Source: Felis catus (lineage: Eukaryota). Taken from it: a stretch of DNA of 59,649 nt. The DNA lies in contig NW_025408533.1 of the NCBI RefSeq assembly GCF_018350175.1, positions 1-59,649 of the forward strand. Reading direction: 5' to 3'. Under the pieces are notes generated by a model, which worked only from the letters and a program-made list of their open reading frames with translations, was not told the origin of the DNA and did not search any database. Made by a program: the position numbers and the translations under genes. Below are positions 26,296 to 37,640 of this stretch, in pieces (within the stretch, counting starts at the first letter, position 1; every line of letters starts with the position of its first letter).

Positions 26296-27346
26296 TTTAA
26301 TTCAGAAACAAGGTTCCAGGAACAACGACAAAGAAGCTCATGCCAAAACAGAGGGGACAGCTGGGTTTCCGGGACCACGCGCCGGGGCCAGATTCCTCGG
26401 AGGGGGAAGAGGGAACAGAGGGGTAAGGCACTGCCGCCTCGGCCACTCGGGGCGGGCGCAGGACAGGGCAGCGGGGGTGAGGGGTCCGGGCTGAGCGGGC
26501 ACCACGCCGAGGAAGCTGGGCGCTCGGGCCTGGAGAAGGAGACTTCCAGAGCCCCCAGGCCCACGTGGGGCCCTGGCACGAACCCGCTCATAGCTCCCCA
26601 GGTGCTGGGGACAGGGCGCCCGAGAAAGGTACGGTCCGACCCCCGAGAAGTCCGGAGGGGATGCCGGGACCCAGCCGCGGGGAGACCCCTGGGCGCAGCC
26701 ACAGTCTGGGGACGGCTTCGCCGCATCACCCTGGGCGCCCCCCTCCTCGCCATCAAGTGCTGCTGGTGTCGGGGGCCCCTGCTCGGACCCGGCGGGGCCG
26801 GCCACGGCCAGGGGCAGGTGCCAGAGGCGAGGCCGAGGCTGACCGTGCCACCAGGGAGCCAGGACGACCCAAGGACAGAAGGGGCGTGAGGTTGTCCACA
26901 TCCCAGAGAAGGGGCACGTGGTGACAGACGGACACGGTGAGGTGCAGATAAATTAAATAAATAGGTGGTTGGGGGTATAAACAGGAAGAGGGGGCAGGGG
27001 CTGGCACGACCCGGGGGCACGAGGGTGGGAGGGCGGGGATATTGCTGCTGCCAGGTCAGGACCCTTGGTCCCGTCACCATCGCCCCCACGCAGGGCCCAA
27101 AGAAAGGCACTAATGAAGGGGGCCCGGGTGTGCGCAGGGCACGAGAGTCCGGTGACCACCCCATCCCCGCCCCCGTGCCACCCGATCCAGGGCTCGGCCC
27201 CGAGGTCATCTCAGGCCTGGGACGCCCCCTCCTCACCGGTTCCGCCACCCTTAGCTGTTGCCGGACAAGAGGCTGATGGTCTGTTCCAGGTTTTGCCCCA
27301 ACTTAGGCTTCCGACAGGAGGCGTCTCGGTCCAGAGCGGTGAGGAC
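26296..27346 (-). pseudogene. PLXNA3: Orphan terminal exon and 3'UTR of plexin A3 (coding 27251-27346; ATTAAA at 26296-26301)
   Basis: Acceptor ctcccccag then VLTALDRDASCRKPKLGQNLEQTISLLSGNS*, matching the PLXNA3 C-terminus (ILTALDRDASCRKHKLRQKLEQIISLVSSDS); no upstream exons seen. Confidence 0.88.
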
Positions 27347-27599
27347 CTGGGGGAGGAGGGCCCCCCCGGAGCCGGGCTGGCGAGGAGGGGCCGCTCCCTC
27401 CCTTGCCAAGCCGTCCTCCCCTGCCTGAGCTCTTTTGTCCCTCCTGCGTCCACGCACCCCGCTCTCTGCGGGTCCCCGGCACGTGGGAAGGGCTACAGCC
27501 CCCCACCTCTGCACACGCTGCGACTTGGCCACCCCGAAGCCACCGCCTTCTCTGCTCGGCGGCCACAGTGCGGCCCTTCCCGGGAGTGGTTTGGACCCG

Positions 27600-28322
27600 C
27601 TGTCCCCAAACGCCCCGTCCCCTCCTGGCCCACACCCCATCTCCCCATCCCCTCCTGAACCCCAAACCCGCACATGATCTCCCCGTCCCCTACTGACCCG
27701 GAATCTGGACCCAACCTCCAGGTCCCCTCCTGATCCCCACCCCGCACCCAATTCCCCATCCTCTCCTGATCCGGAATCTGGACCCAACCTCCACACCTGA
27801 TATTCCTGTGTCTTCCTGACCCCCACCCTACCCCACATCCAACCTCCGCCATCCTCTTGACCCCCACTGCCCACTCAACCTCCACGCCCCACCTGGCCCC
27901 CACCCCACACCAAACCTCATCTTTCCCTGCTGACCCCAACCGCCACCCCACACCCGATCACCTCGTCCCCTCCTGACCCCAACCCCATACCGCACCCGAT
28001 GTCCCCATCCCTTCCTGACAACCACCCCGCACCAGACCTCCTTGTCTTCTCCTGACTCCCACCCAACCGAAACCCGAATTTCCCGGCCCCTCCTGACACC
28101 ACCCCACACCCAACCTCCCATCCCCTCCTGACCCCCACCCTGCACCCCAATTCCCCATTGACTCCTGACCCAGAATCTGCACCCATCCTCCACTTCCCCT
28201 CCTGACCCCTGTTCCTACCAAGCACCCGATCACTTTGTCCCCTTGTGTCCCCACCGCCAACCTGCACCCGACTTCCCCATCCCCTCCTGACACCCACCCC
28301 GCACCAGACCTCCTTGCCCTCC
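27600..28322 (-). repeat. Degenerate ~30-35 bp G-rich minisatellite (C-rich on +)
   Basis: Recurrent cccctcctgacccc / cccgcacccga units. Confidence 0.9.
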
Positions 28323-28959
28323 CTTGAGCCTTTTGATCCCTTCCTCTATACCAAAATGACGTAGGTCCAGCATTTCTAATCTGTTCATGGTGAGCCGCCT
28401 TTAGGTCCATGTTGCAGCCAAACAAACAAACCTTTAGAGACCTTTCTAATTCCTGGAGATGCAATATTAAATGAAGGATGTCTGCTTAGCGAGCCCACGT
28501 CAATAAATTTGGCCCGATCCAACTTTATGTCCCTTCCACCGTCGTCCCACACCCTCAGTATCTATTCCCACACATGCTCCCCAGATTTCTGTCTGTATAA
28601 ATTAGAAAAGTCAAGTCATTCTTTTGGAGTGGAACATACCTCCTCATGTGTCACACTTTGTAACTTGCCTGTAGGGGCCTGCTGGGACTTGAGTCTACTT
28701 ATAGGTCTAGAAGCAAAAAGGGGTGGTGGGGGTAGGTCCTGAAGAGAATCAGCATTATCTTGCATGGCAACTGCCTCGGGGAGGCCATTATGGTTTCCTT
28801 GGGCAATGTGTGGTTAATCCCCTCAGAGGCGGGTGCAGAGGCCCATACCACTGTGAGCTAGGAGGCTGCTGCCACTGGGGGTAAATAGGCCACTTCTTCT
28901 GGGGGTGGGGAGGCCATTTCCACTGGTAAAGAAGACTCATCAGAATTTAGGGGCTCAAT

Positions 28960-29146
28960 GGGGCACCTGGGTGGCTCAGTTGGTTAAGCATCCGACTTCA
29001 GCTCAGGTCATGATCTCGCAGTCCGTGGGTTTGAGCCCCTCATCAGGCTCCGTGCTGACAGCTCAGGGCCTGGAGCCTGCTTTGGATTCTGTCTCCCTCT
29101 CTCTCTGCCCCTCCCCCTCTCACACTCTGTCATTCTCTCCCAAAAA

Positions 29147-29177
<31 letters not shown>

Positions 29178-29440
29178 ACAAACAAACATTTTATTTTTTT
29201 ATTTTTTATTTTTTTCAACATTTATTTTATTTTTGGGACAGAGAAAGACAGAGCATGAACGGGGGAGGGGCAGAGAGAGAGGGAGACACAGAATCGGAAA
29301 CAGGCTCCAGGCTCTGAGCCATCAGCCCAGAGCCTGACGCGGGGCTCGAACTCACGGACCGCGAGATCGTGACCTGGCTGACGTCGGACGCTTAACCGAC
29401 TGCGCCACCCAGGCGCCCCGAAATAAACATTTTAAAAAAA
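28960..29440. mobile_element. Nested Can-SINEs: + element from 28960 with a - element (~29190-29419) inserted in its A-tail
   Basis: Outer target-site duplication agaatttaggggctcaatg (28942 and 29440); inner duplication aaa(c/t)aaacatttta. Confidence 0.9.
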
Positions 29441-29952
29441 GAATTTAGGGGCTCAATGCCCCCAGCCTCAGCAGTGTCTTCCCACATGTAGTCTCCATCT
29501 CAACTTAGAGGATCCCATTGTTTCCCAATCCATGGCCTCAGTTTCACAGCGGGCACACTTCAAGTCTGGGAGTTCAACTTGCATTATAGTTCAGTTAGTT
29601 GCACTTAGGTTCTGCATTTGAATTTTCAGCAGTTTTGGCTCTGTGGCTAAAGAACGTTAGGATTTCTTAAAGGGCACACATAAAAGCCCCTAGGCCGGTG
29701 ATGTGGTGTTTGAGCTGGGAATTCAAATCTCTGAGCTCATCCTTCCATTTAACCACGTTCCCAAACCACATTAGGAGCTACCAACCAATGTCATTATATT
29801 TGTTAGTTTTCCAAAGAGGTTCAAAAGTATCATAGAAGAGTCACCCAGCTCCTTGTTTCTTATAAGTAGTTGATTAGGAGTAGCCAGTGCATATATTTTG
29901 CATATCTCTATCAGCTTATGTCATAGGCTACCAGTGTTCTCTTTGCTACCAG

Positions 29953-30120
29953 NNNNNNNNNNNNNNNNNNNNNNNNNNNNNNNNNNNNNNNNNNNNNNNN
30001 NNNNNNNNNNNNNNNNNNNNNNNNNNNNNNNNNNNNNNNNNNNNNNNNNNNNNNNNNNNNNNNNNNNNNNNNNNNNNNNNNNNNNNNNNNNNNNNNNNNN
30101 NNNNNNNNNNNNNNNNNNNN
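29953..30120. other. N run, 168 nt
   Basis: Direct. Confidence 1.
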
Positions 30121-30127
30121 TTCATTC

Positions 30128-30151
30128 AGATTAGATGATAGATAGATAGAT

Positions 30152-30184
<33 letters not shown>

Positions 30185-30192
30185 GATAGATG
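30128..30192 (+). repeat. (GATA)n microsatellite
   Basis: Direct. Confidence 0.95.
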
Positions 30193-31580
30193 AGAATGGA
30201 AGCTGAGTGGTCCCATGACCTGCTGCCTGCAAGCTGAGCGGGAGACCCGGCAAAGCTGATGGTGTAATTCAGCCTGAGTCTGAAGGTCTGAGAACCAAGG
30301 GAGCTGGTAGCAGTGTAAATGCCAGTCCCAGGGGGCAGGACAAGGTGAGATGTGATGTCACAGCTCAACAGTGAGGCAGAGGAAAGGCCTGGGGGAGAGA
30401 CCAAATTCCTCCTTCATTCCTCCACTTTTTGTTTCATTCGGGCTCTCAATGGATTGGACGATGCCTGCTCAACATTGGGGGTCTACTTTACTGAGTCCAC
30501 AGATTCAAACGCTCATCCCATCCGGAAGTACCCTTGCAGACACACCCAGAAATAACGTTCTGTCAGGGTACCCTATGCCCAGGCAAGCTGATACATAGAA
30601 TTAGCCATCGAACCCAGTGAATGAGCCGCTTTTAGGAGCGTGACCTCAGCATGCACATAGTCACCACTCTTTGACACAGGTGACTGCCCAGTGGGACTGT
30701 GTATTGCACAGAGTATCTGCCTTTCTCCCTATAGAATGGGGGCCAAAAACGTAAGTGACAAAGAAACCATCGATAACCGACTATGTCAAAATTTAAAAGT
30801 TTTGTTCTGCAAACAGTACCAATCAAGAAAGTGAGAAGACAACCCATAAAATGGGCGAATGTATTTTAAAATCATGTGTTTGATAAGGGACTTCTATCCA
30901 GAACATATCAATAGCTCTTGCAAGCGAGGAATGCCGTTATTCTTAGAAACGGGAAAGTTTGAGAGTGGCAGACACTTTGTAAAACGATCCAACTTCCCTC
31001 AGCTTGCCACCCTCCACCCGCCATGTATCGATGGGGCAATTGAGACGCACCGAGGGACCACAGGGATACCGGCAGATTCTTTCCCTCAGTGCACACTTCT
31101 CCAAGTCCTAACCATGGTGGCCAGCGTCCCCACAAAGCTAAGGCAGCCACGTCTTGACCGCATTACCCGCGCCACATTTGCCCCTTTGTCTGTCCCCCTT
31201 CGTCTGGCGTCACTCCACCTTCCGCCAACCCCACGCTCCTACTCTAACCCTCCGTCCAGAATAAGAGGGGCCTGTTTGCACAGGCGCGCGAGGGAGACTG
31301 AGTTGCGTCGCGTACTGGGGGCGGGGCTTCGTCAGGGAGCCCTGGCTCTCCAGCGCTGCCGACGGGGTCTCCCTGGCGGCCCGTGGGCAGCCGGGCCAGC
31401 TTGGCGGGAACCAATCACATGCCAGAAACCTCACCAGAGGTCTGTCTGCGCAGGCGCCCTGGGCATCCCCAGCAGCCTTGCGCACGGAGGGGCGGAGCTT
31501 CGTGAAGCAGTCCCAGCGCCTCAGCGGTCGGTGGGGCGCGCGTTTTGGCGGCGGCCTCTGAGCGGGCGGGTGTGGGGGCC

Positions 31581-32680
31581 ATGCAGGCCCCGGGCGACGG
31601 TGCGGACGGCGCGGACGGCGCGGACGGCGCGCAGATCCTGGACGACGGCGCCGGTGGTGCGACGGGTAGTGCTGGCTCGTCCAGTGGCCCCGGAAATCCC
31701 GGAGGCCGGGACGGCACCGCGACGTCGGGCACCGTGGCTGGGGAAGCTCCCCAGGTCGAGGGGGCATCGCCCTCCCCAAGGCAGGGGGGAGAGGCTTCGG
31801 CCTCGGCCTCGGCCTCCGGGGAAGCCTCAGAAAAGCAAGTGTTGGAATTGTATCCTTTCCAAGGAGCTCCCGAGGTCGGGGGGGCAGTGGGGAATGGCTG
31901 GGAGGGGAGGCAGGTGGGGGCCCCGTTGGATGGGCGGGAGAGGTTTCGGGGACTTGCGGGGGCACAGAAGGGAAGTGGTGGGGGGGGGCTGAGGGAGGCT
32001 GGAGGAAGCAGCTGGGGGTGCCGTGATGCACGTTTCCTGAAGGGGCGGCCGAGGTGGTCTTGGGTGGCCCTAAGGGCGGTCTGGGGGAAGGCGGGCCTCC
32101 GATGGGCAAGGAAGCCTCCTCCATGAGGTCCACCCAGATGTGCCTTAACCGAATGTCCACCAGTGCCCTCACGGTGCCTTTCCTGTGTTACGTGGATGCG
32201 GAGCTGACCTACCAGTACCTGACCTCGAGTGCCGAATGCTACCACGAAGCGGTTCACACGGAGCTCACAGTGATTGGCAGTGACTTGTTTATGTAAGTTC
32301 TAGAAGGGGCTGGCGGGAGGCAGTGGGAGCTGAGGTAACCTCTGCCCGACGGACACTTCGGTTGGAGATGTGCAGACACCAAGGGCTTGGTCTAAGGAGG
32401 CACATGGGGCCCCGGGTCTGTGGCAGCCTCAGGGGTTGCTCTAAGGGAGACACGGAGGAGTAACCTTGAGGGGGGAGATTGGAGTGAGGAGGGCCAGGAG
32501 TTCTCAAATCTAAAGTGATTTCCTTTTCCCCTTACTTTTAGCCGACTAACTGCTGAAGACCCTGTCCTCCTGCAGATTTCCACCGCCTCCTTGCTCAACC
32601 AGCTTTTCATGGTGGTGCAGACCATGCAGCACTTGGTGCCCGCGATTTTTTCTAGGCCTCGGCCTGGAAAAGGGGGCTGA
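31581..32680 (+). CDS. CTAG-like: CTAG/LAGE3 family copy 4 (in the palindrome spacer); exons 31581-31849, 32164-32292, 32542-32680; 178 aa
   Basis: MQAPGDGADG..EKQVLEF-ALTVPFLCYVDAELTYQYLTSSAECYHEAVHTELTVIGSDLFI-RLTAEDPVLLQISTASLLNQLFMVVQTMQHLVPAIFSRPRPGKGG*; GCCATG start, U12 intron GTATCCTTT / GCCTTAAC at 32142, AATAAA at 32839, CCAAT and NRF1-like sites upstream. Confidence 0.9.
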
Positions 32681-33461
32681 GTCCATGACAGTATCCAGTG
32701 GAAGGCCATGTGCCCTTCCCCAGGGGCATGACCTTTGCAGTAGTTGCCACTTTATTTCTGGGGCTTGGTTATTTGCCTGTACTGGCCCTTGGGTGCTCTG
32801 TGCCCACTTGTTTTGGTTGCTGCTTAAAGAATACAGATAATAAAACTGAGTTAATGTTCCGTATCTGAGTTTCTTTTCAGCACCCAGATTTTCTTCCGTG
32901 TGTCCTCAGGTTGGAGGGGAGGTTCTGGTTCTAGTACTCTAGTACAAGGCGATCGGATACAATTGACGAAGTGAAAGGAAATTAAGATTGCTTGGGTCCT
33001 GTCATTCAACATTGACTACTGTCAGGATTTCAGAATACTCTCGTAGCTTTAGGGTTGTAGGAATACGTTAAATGTATAACAATCATAGCAAGGAGTAAGC
33101 TTTTTCAAGTTTAGCATCAGGTTTTAATTCCTGAAACATTTTTGGGCTTTCCCTCTGTCTAAAACTTCTTCAAAAATATCTTATTGCATGGATACGTACA
33201 AGATGTATTATGATGCATTTGTTCAGCACTTCAGTTCTTTGCAACTTTTTTCCTATTACACATAATGTTTCGGTGGGATTCTTGTGTATAAGTCTCTGCG
33301 TGAATGGCTGTTTTCTTAAGATGGATTCCAAGAGGCAGATCTAGCATACAGAGTGGCTCTCCAGAAAATGTGCCAGAATTCTGGCACCAGCAGAATGGTG
33401 GTTTCCCCGCATCCCTGTCGTGGCTGGATCTGTTTTCTGCCACAAGAAGAAACTCAGTTTG

Positions 33462-34072
33462 GGTGCAGCCACTCTGGAAAACAGTGTGGAGGTTCCTCAG
33501 AAAATTAAAAATAGACCTACCCTATGACCCAGCAGTAGCACTGCTAAGAATTTACCCAAGGGATAGGGGAGTACTGATGCATAGGGGCCCTTGTACCCCA
33601 ATGTTTATGGCAGCACTCTCAACGATAGCCAAATTATGGAAAGAGCCTAGATGTCCATCAACTGATGAATGGATAAAGAAATTGTGGTTTGTATACACAA
33701 TGGAGTACTACGTGGCAATGAGAAAGAATGAAATATGACCCTTTGTAGCAACGTGGATGGAACTGGAGAGTGTGATGCTAAGTGAAATAAGGCATACAGA
33801 GGAAGACAGATACCGTATGTTTTCACTCTTAGGTGGATCCTGAGAAACTTAACAGAAACCCATGGGGGAGGGGAAGGAAAAAAAAAAGAGGTTAGGGTGG
33901 GAGAGAGCCAAAGCATAAGAGACTCTTCAAAACTGAGAACAAACTGAGGGTTGATGGGGGTGGGAGGGAGGGGAGGGTAGGTGATGGGTATCGAAGAGGG
34001 CATCTTTTGAGATGAGCACTGGGTGTTGCACGGAAACCAATTTGACAATAAATTTCATATATTAAAAAAAAA
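33462..34072 (+). mobile_element. 5'-truncated young L1 (L1_Fc-like): ORF2 C-terminus, 3'UTR and A-tail
   Basis: VQPLWKTVWRFLRKLKIDLPYDPAV..CPSTDEWIKKLW; degenerate target-site duplication aagaaactcagtttg / aaaaacctcaatttg. Confidence 0.95.
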
Positions 34073-34356
34073 CCTCAATTTGCATGAGCAAAGAACTTAG
34101 AAACACTAGAATAAGAACGTTGTGCTTTCCTGGCCTGTTTCAAATCAGAGAAGACAAGTGCTGGGACAATTGGTCGGTCGGGGTGAGTGAGGCAGAGAGA
34201 GAGGCAGTGTAGCATAGTTTGGGGGAAATATTTTTTGTCACGTAAACTGCTCACCTGTTAGCATCGGTGCTGCGACACAACAGTTCCCAGCAAGTACACC
34301 GAGCTGCGTGGAGGTTGCAGGACAAGGCGAGGCTCAGATGGCCGGGTGGCGGGCTA

Positions 34357-34855
34357 CTGTTTCTTCCACTCGTTTTTGTCGTAGTCCCGCTTGACTGAGA
34401 AGCCGTGGATTGGGCTGGCCTTCCAAGTCGAGCCTCCTCTCGGTCTGCTTGGCCACCCACTCCTCTTCAGAGGTTGCGGGATGGGGCCGTACACGCAGTG
34501 CTTCTCCCAGATCAGAACGAGAGCAGTGGCTGATGGAGAACATGGTGGTGCCTACAACCATCTTCTGCTTGTTTGTGCTCCTGTTCGTTTCAGCCAAGCT
34601 CTCGTTGAGCTGAATGTGGCACGATTCAGCTTTTTCATCAGTGGAGAGGATGCTGCAGGAAGGCCTCTTCTCTTTCAAGGCCTTCTGGCTGGCGGACGTT
34701 GTCGATGTGGGCCACAGCAGGCAGGGGATAGTCACGCCATTCGACATAACTCGAGAGAGCGTAGTTTTCACTCTTCATGACGCTTCCACGTGCTCCAACA
34801 CTGAGGTGGAAATTCCTCACTTGCCAATTAGGCGAACCACTCTGGTAGCCAGAAT
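34357..34855 (-). pseudogene. COX4I1: Processed pseudogene of cytochrome c oxidase subunit 4 isoform 1
   Basis: Intronless; start ATG changed to ATT ([11 protein letters not shown]), [43 protein letters not shown] across frameshifts. Confidence 0.92.
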
Positions 34856-35239
34856 TCTGCCACTGGTGCCTGCTGTGATTGTGGTGACCACGCTGGGAAA
34901 ATAGAATGAAATCAAAATCTTCTGTGTGCAGGCGCTATGCTATGCTCCCGACCCACATCGCCATGTGTAATTCTCAGGACAGCCTGGTGAGCTGGGTACT
35001 GTCGTCTCTACACCGGTTCTAGGTGAAGAATGGAGGCTGACAGAGGCCGGGTCTGTTTGATTCAAGCACCTACTGTCTTAGCCACACTATCCCTCCAACC
35101 TCAGCACGGTTGAGTGGAGCCACCAGGAGACTGGGAGAGTGTTTTTCCTTCTTACGGCTCCAGGGAACATCCATGTGACTAATGAAAAATGCAGAAATGG
35201 GCAAATGCAGGCAAAGTAGGTAAGAATTGAGGAGAACAT

Positions 35240-35472
35240 GGGGCGCCTGGGTGACTCAGTCTGTTAAGCGGCTGACTTTGGCTCAGGTCACGATCTCACA
35301 GTTAGTGAGTTCCAGCGCCTTGTCGGGCTCTGTGCTGACAGCTCAGAGGCTGGAGCCTGCTTCAGATTCTATGTCTCCCTCTGCCTCTCTGCCCCTCCCC
35401 TGCTCACGCTCTGTCTCTCTGTCTCTCTGTCTCTCTCTCTCAAAAATAAATAAACATTTAAAAAAAATTAGA
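35240..35472 (+). mobile_element. Can-SINE
   Basis: Target-site duplication aagaattgaggagaacat. Confidence 0.92.
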
Positions 35473-35989
35473 AAGAATTGAGGAGAACATAAGGTTGATA
35501 AGAATCCCAATCCTGGCTTTGCAGTGGCTTCTCTATGCTCCCAGGTCCTTTTGTACCTTGAAATCTTCATTTGGCCCTCTTTGAAATGGAGGGCACAATG
35601 GGGGTACCTGTTTCCCTCTTCCCCCTGCCCTCTTCCCTCGACTATGAAGAGGGCTCTTCTCAGGCATTTTTCCTAGCTGAGAAAAAAATAGAGCCAAATC
35701 ATCTGCCAACCCAGAAAAAGTCTCCACAATTGTGGAAGCAAAACAGTTTTCTCATTGAGTAGGCATTGCACCAGAATGTGATGCGCACCACAGGCAATCT
35801 GCTAAGAGATTCCAAAGACAGGGAGCTTTCACCCTTTTGTATAGGTAAGCGGGTAGAGCTCATCACGTGTTCTCAACATCCACCATAAGTAGACCTCAAG
35901 TAAGAGGACGTGACGCCACCAGGCCCCGCACATAGTCCATCCTGAATTTCCCTGGGAACTGGGGTGGCCGTGTGTATTAGGTCGTGGCT

Positions 35990-36420
35990 GTTTCAGACGG
36001 TGCGTTTGTGTTCCCTCCCCCACATTAATATGCTGAAGCCCTAAACCCCAGTGTGGCTGTATTCGGAGATGGGACCTTTGAGGAAGTAAGTTTAAATGAG
36101 GTCATAAGAATGGGGCTCTGGTCCAATAAGAGTGGTGTCCTTATAAGAGAGACACCAGAGAGCACCCCCCCTCTTCCTCTCCCTCCCTCCCCGCCCCTAC
36201 TCCCCCGCTCTCTCCTCACCTGCACTGAGGAGAGGCCATGTGAGGACAGAGGAGAAGGTGGACCTCTACAAGCAAGGAAGCAAATTCTCACCAGAAGCTG
36301 AATTTGCTGGCACCTTGATCATGGACTTCTAGCATCCAGAACTGTGAGAAAATAAATTTCTGCTGTGTAAGCCACCCAGTGTGAGGTACTTTGCTATAGC
36401 AGCTTGAGCAGACTAATACA
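35990..36420 (+). mobile_element. MaLR LTR (MLT1A/MST-like)
   Basis: gaagccctaaaccccagtgtggctgtatt..ttaaatgaggtcataag..ccagaactgtgagaaaataaatttctg..gactaataca. Confidence 0.85.
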
Positions 36421-36659
36421 ATTAATCGGCTTTATCCAAGGAAAAAATAAGCTTTTTCATATCTTTATGACAGGAGCTAGTTTTGCAACTTGGAGCAAGG
36501 TGCCTACTGAAGTTAGGCTTCTACCCTCCCACAGAAACTGAAGATCGGGACACAATCTTGCTTGATGTTTACATTCCAAAGAGATGTTTCCCAGGTCCTT
36601 GAAGAACACATTCCTGGGCTATAAAGATGGCAAGGGGCTCTTTTAGCCTTTTGTTCCTT

Positions 36660-36661
36660 AA

Positions 36662-36698
<37 letters not shown>

Positions 36699-36888
36699 TA
36701 TTTATTCATTTATTTATTTATTTATTCAGAGAAGGAGTGGGGGGGGCAGAGAGAAAGGGAGACATAGGATCTGAAGAGTGCTTTCTGCTGACAGCACGGA
36801 GCCCGATGCAGGGCTCAAAGTCATGAGCCATGAGATCATGACCTGAGCTCAAGTCGGATACTCAAGCACTGAGCCACCCAGGTGCCTC
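36660..36888 (-). mobile_element. Can-SINE with (TTTC)n/(TTTA)n tail
   Basis: Head gagccacccaggtgcc. Confidence 0.88.
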
Positions 36889-37019
36889 TACCCTTTAAAA
36901 ATACTACCTGTTTTCAAAGAAACAAAGAAAGAACTTACAAGTCGTGTAAAGTAAATGCTTTAAGGAAGGGGAGGGGACCATCTCTTCCCATATTTTCAAC
37001 AGGGAGAATGAAGCCTTTT

Positions 37020-37640
37020 ACTTTATTCTTTTTTAATAAGCTGTATGGCCAATGTGGGGCTCTAACTCATGACCCCGAGATCAAAAGTCACATGTTCTAT
37101 GGACTGAGCCAGCCAGGTGCCCCTAAGCCTCTTATTTTTAATGTGTACATGTTCTTAAAGCAGCTCTCTCTAAAATATGCTGAATCCTGAAAACTTGCTA
37201 AGGTCCCTGATTAGTTTGACAGCTCTTTTGTAGACGCCACTAGATTTTCTATATACGTAATCATGTCTGAGAATGAGGGGGGGTTTTCTTCTTTCTTGCC
37301 AATCTGGATGCCTGTTATTGCTTGATTTGTCTTCTCATCACGGGTTGGATCCTCCTGCTTCTCTGCATACCTGGTAATGTTGGGCTGGATGCCAGACAGT
37401 GTGATTTTTCCTTGGGTTCTGGATGGCTTTGTATTCCTGTTTTAAAGGTTAGAATTTTCTCTTTTTATTTTGGAGACAGAGAGAGCGGGGGAGAGGGGCA
37501 GAGGGTGAGAGAGAGAATCTTGAGCAGGCTCCACGCTCAGCACAGAACCCGACTCCGGGCTCGAACCCATGACCCTGGAGCCATGACCTGAGCCAAAATC
37601 GAGAGTCAGACGCTCAACCAACTGAGCCACCCAGGTGTCC
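37020..37640 (-). mobile_element. Two Can-SINEs (~37020-37123 short, ~37455-37640)
   Basis: SINE heads at 37100-37123 and 37620-37640. Confidence 0.8.

Larger units (their letters stand above)
9560..27728 (+). repeat. Left arm of large palindrome (outer boundary lies outside the comparable range)
   Basis: Near-perfect reverse complement of 41458-59649; paired ORFs have coordinate sums of 69186-69209 throughout. Confidence 0.98.
28330..30610 (-). mobile_element. ERV-L remnant: MLT2-type LTR (~30200-30610) plus 5' internal gag-like sequence (~28330-29952)
   Basis: LTR end cacacccagaaataa..caagctgatacatagaattagccatc; the internal sequence resembles the ERVL 5' region (gagaacactggtagcc..atgcaaaatatatgca..ggttggtagctcctaa). 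Confidence 0.8.

Noticed and set aside
25950-27248. 432-aa ORF (and the overlapping 321-aa ORF; mirror 41938-43236)
   Set aside because: Lies in the GC-rich PLXNA3 3'UTR and downstream flank, has a non-ATG start and no recognisable domain; the second copy only reflects the palindrome.
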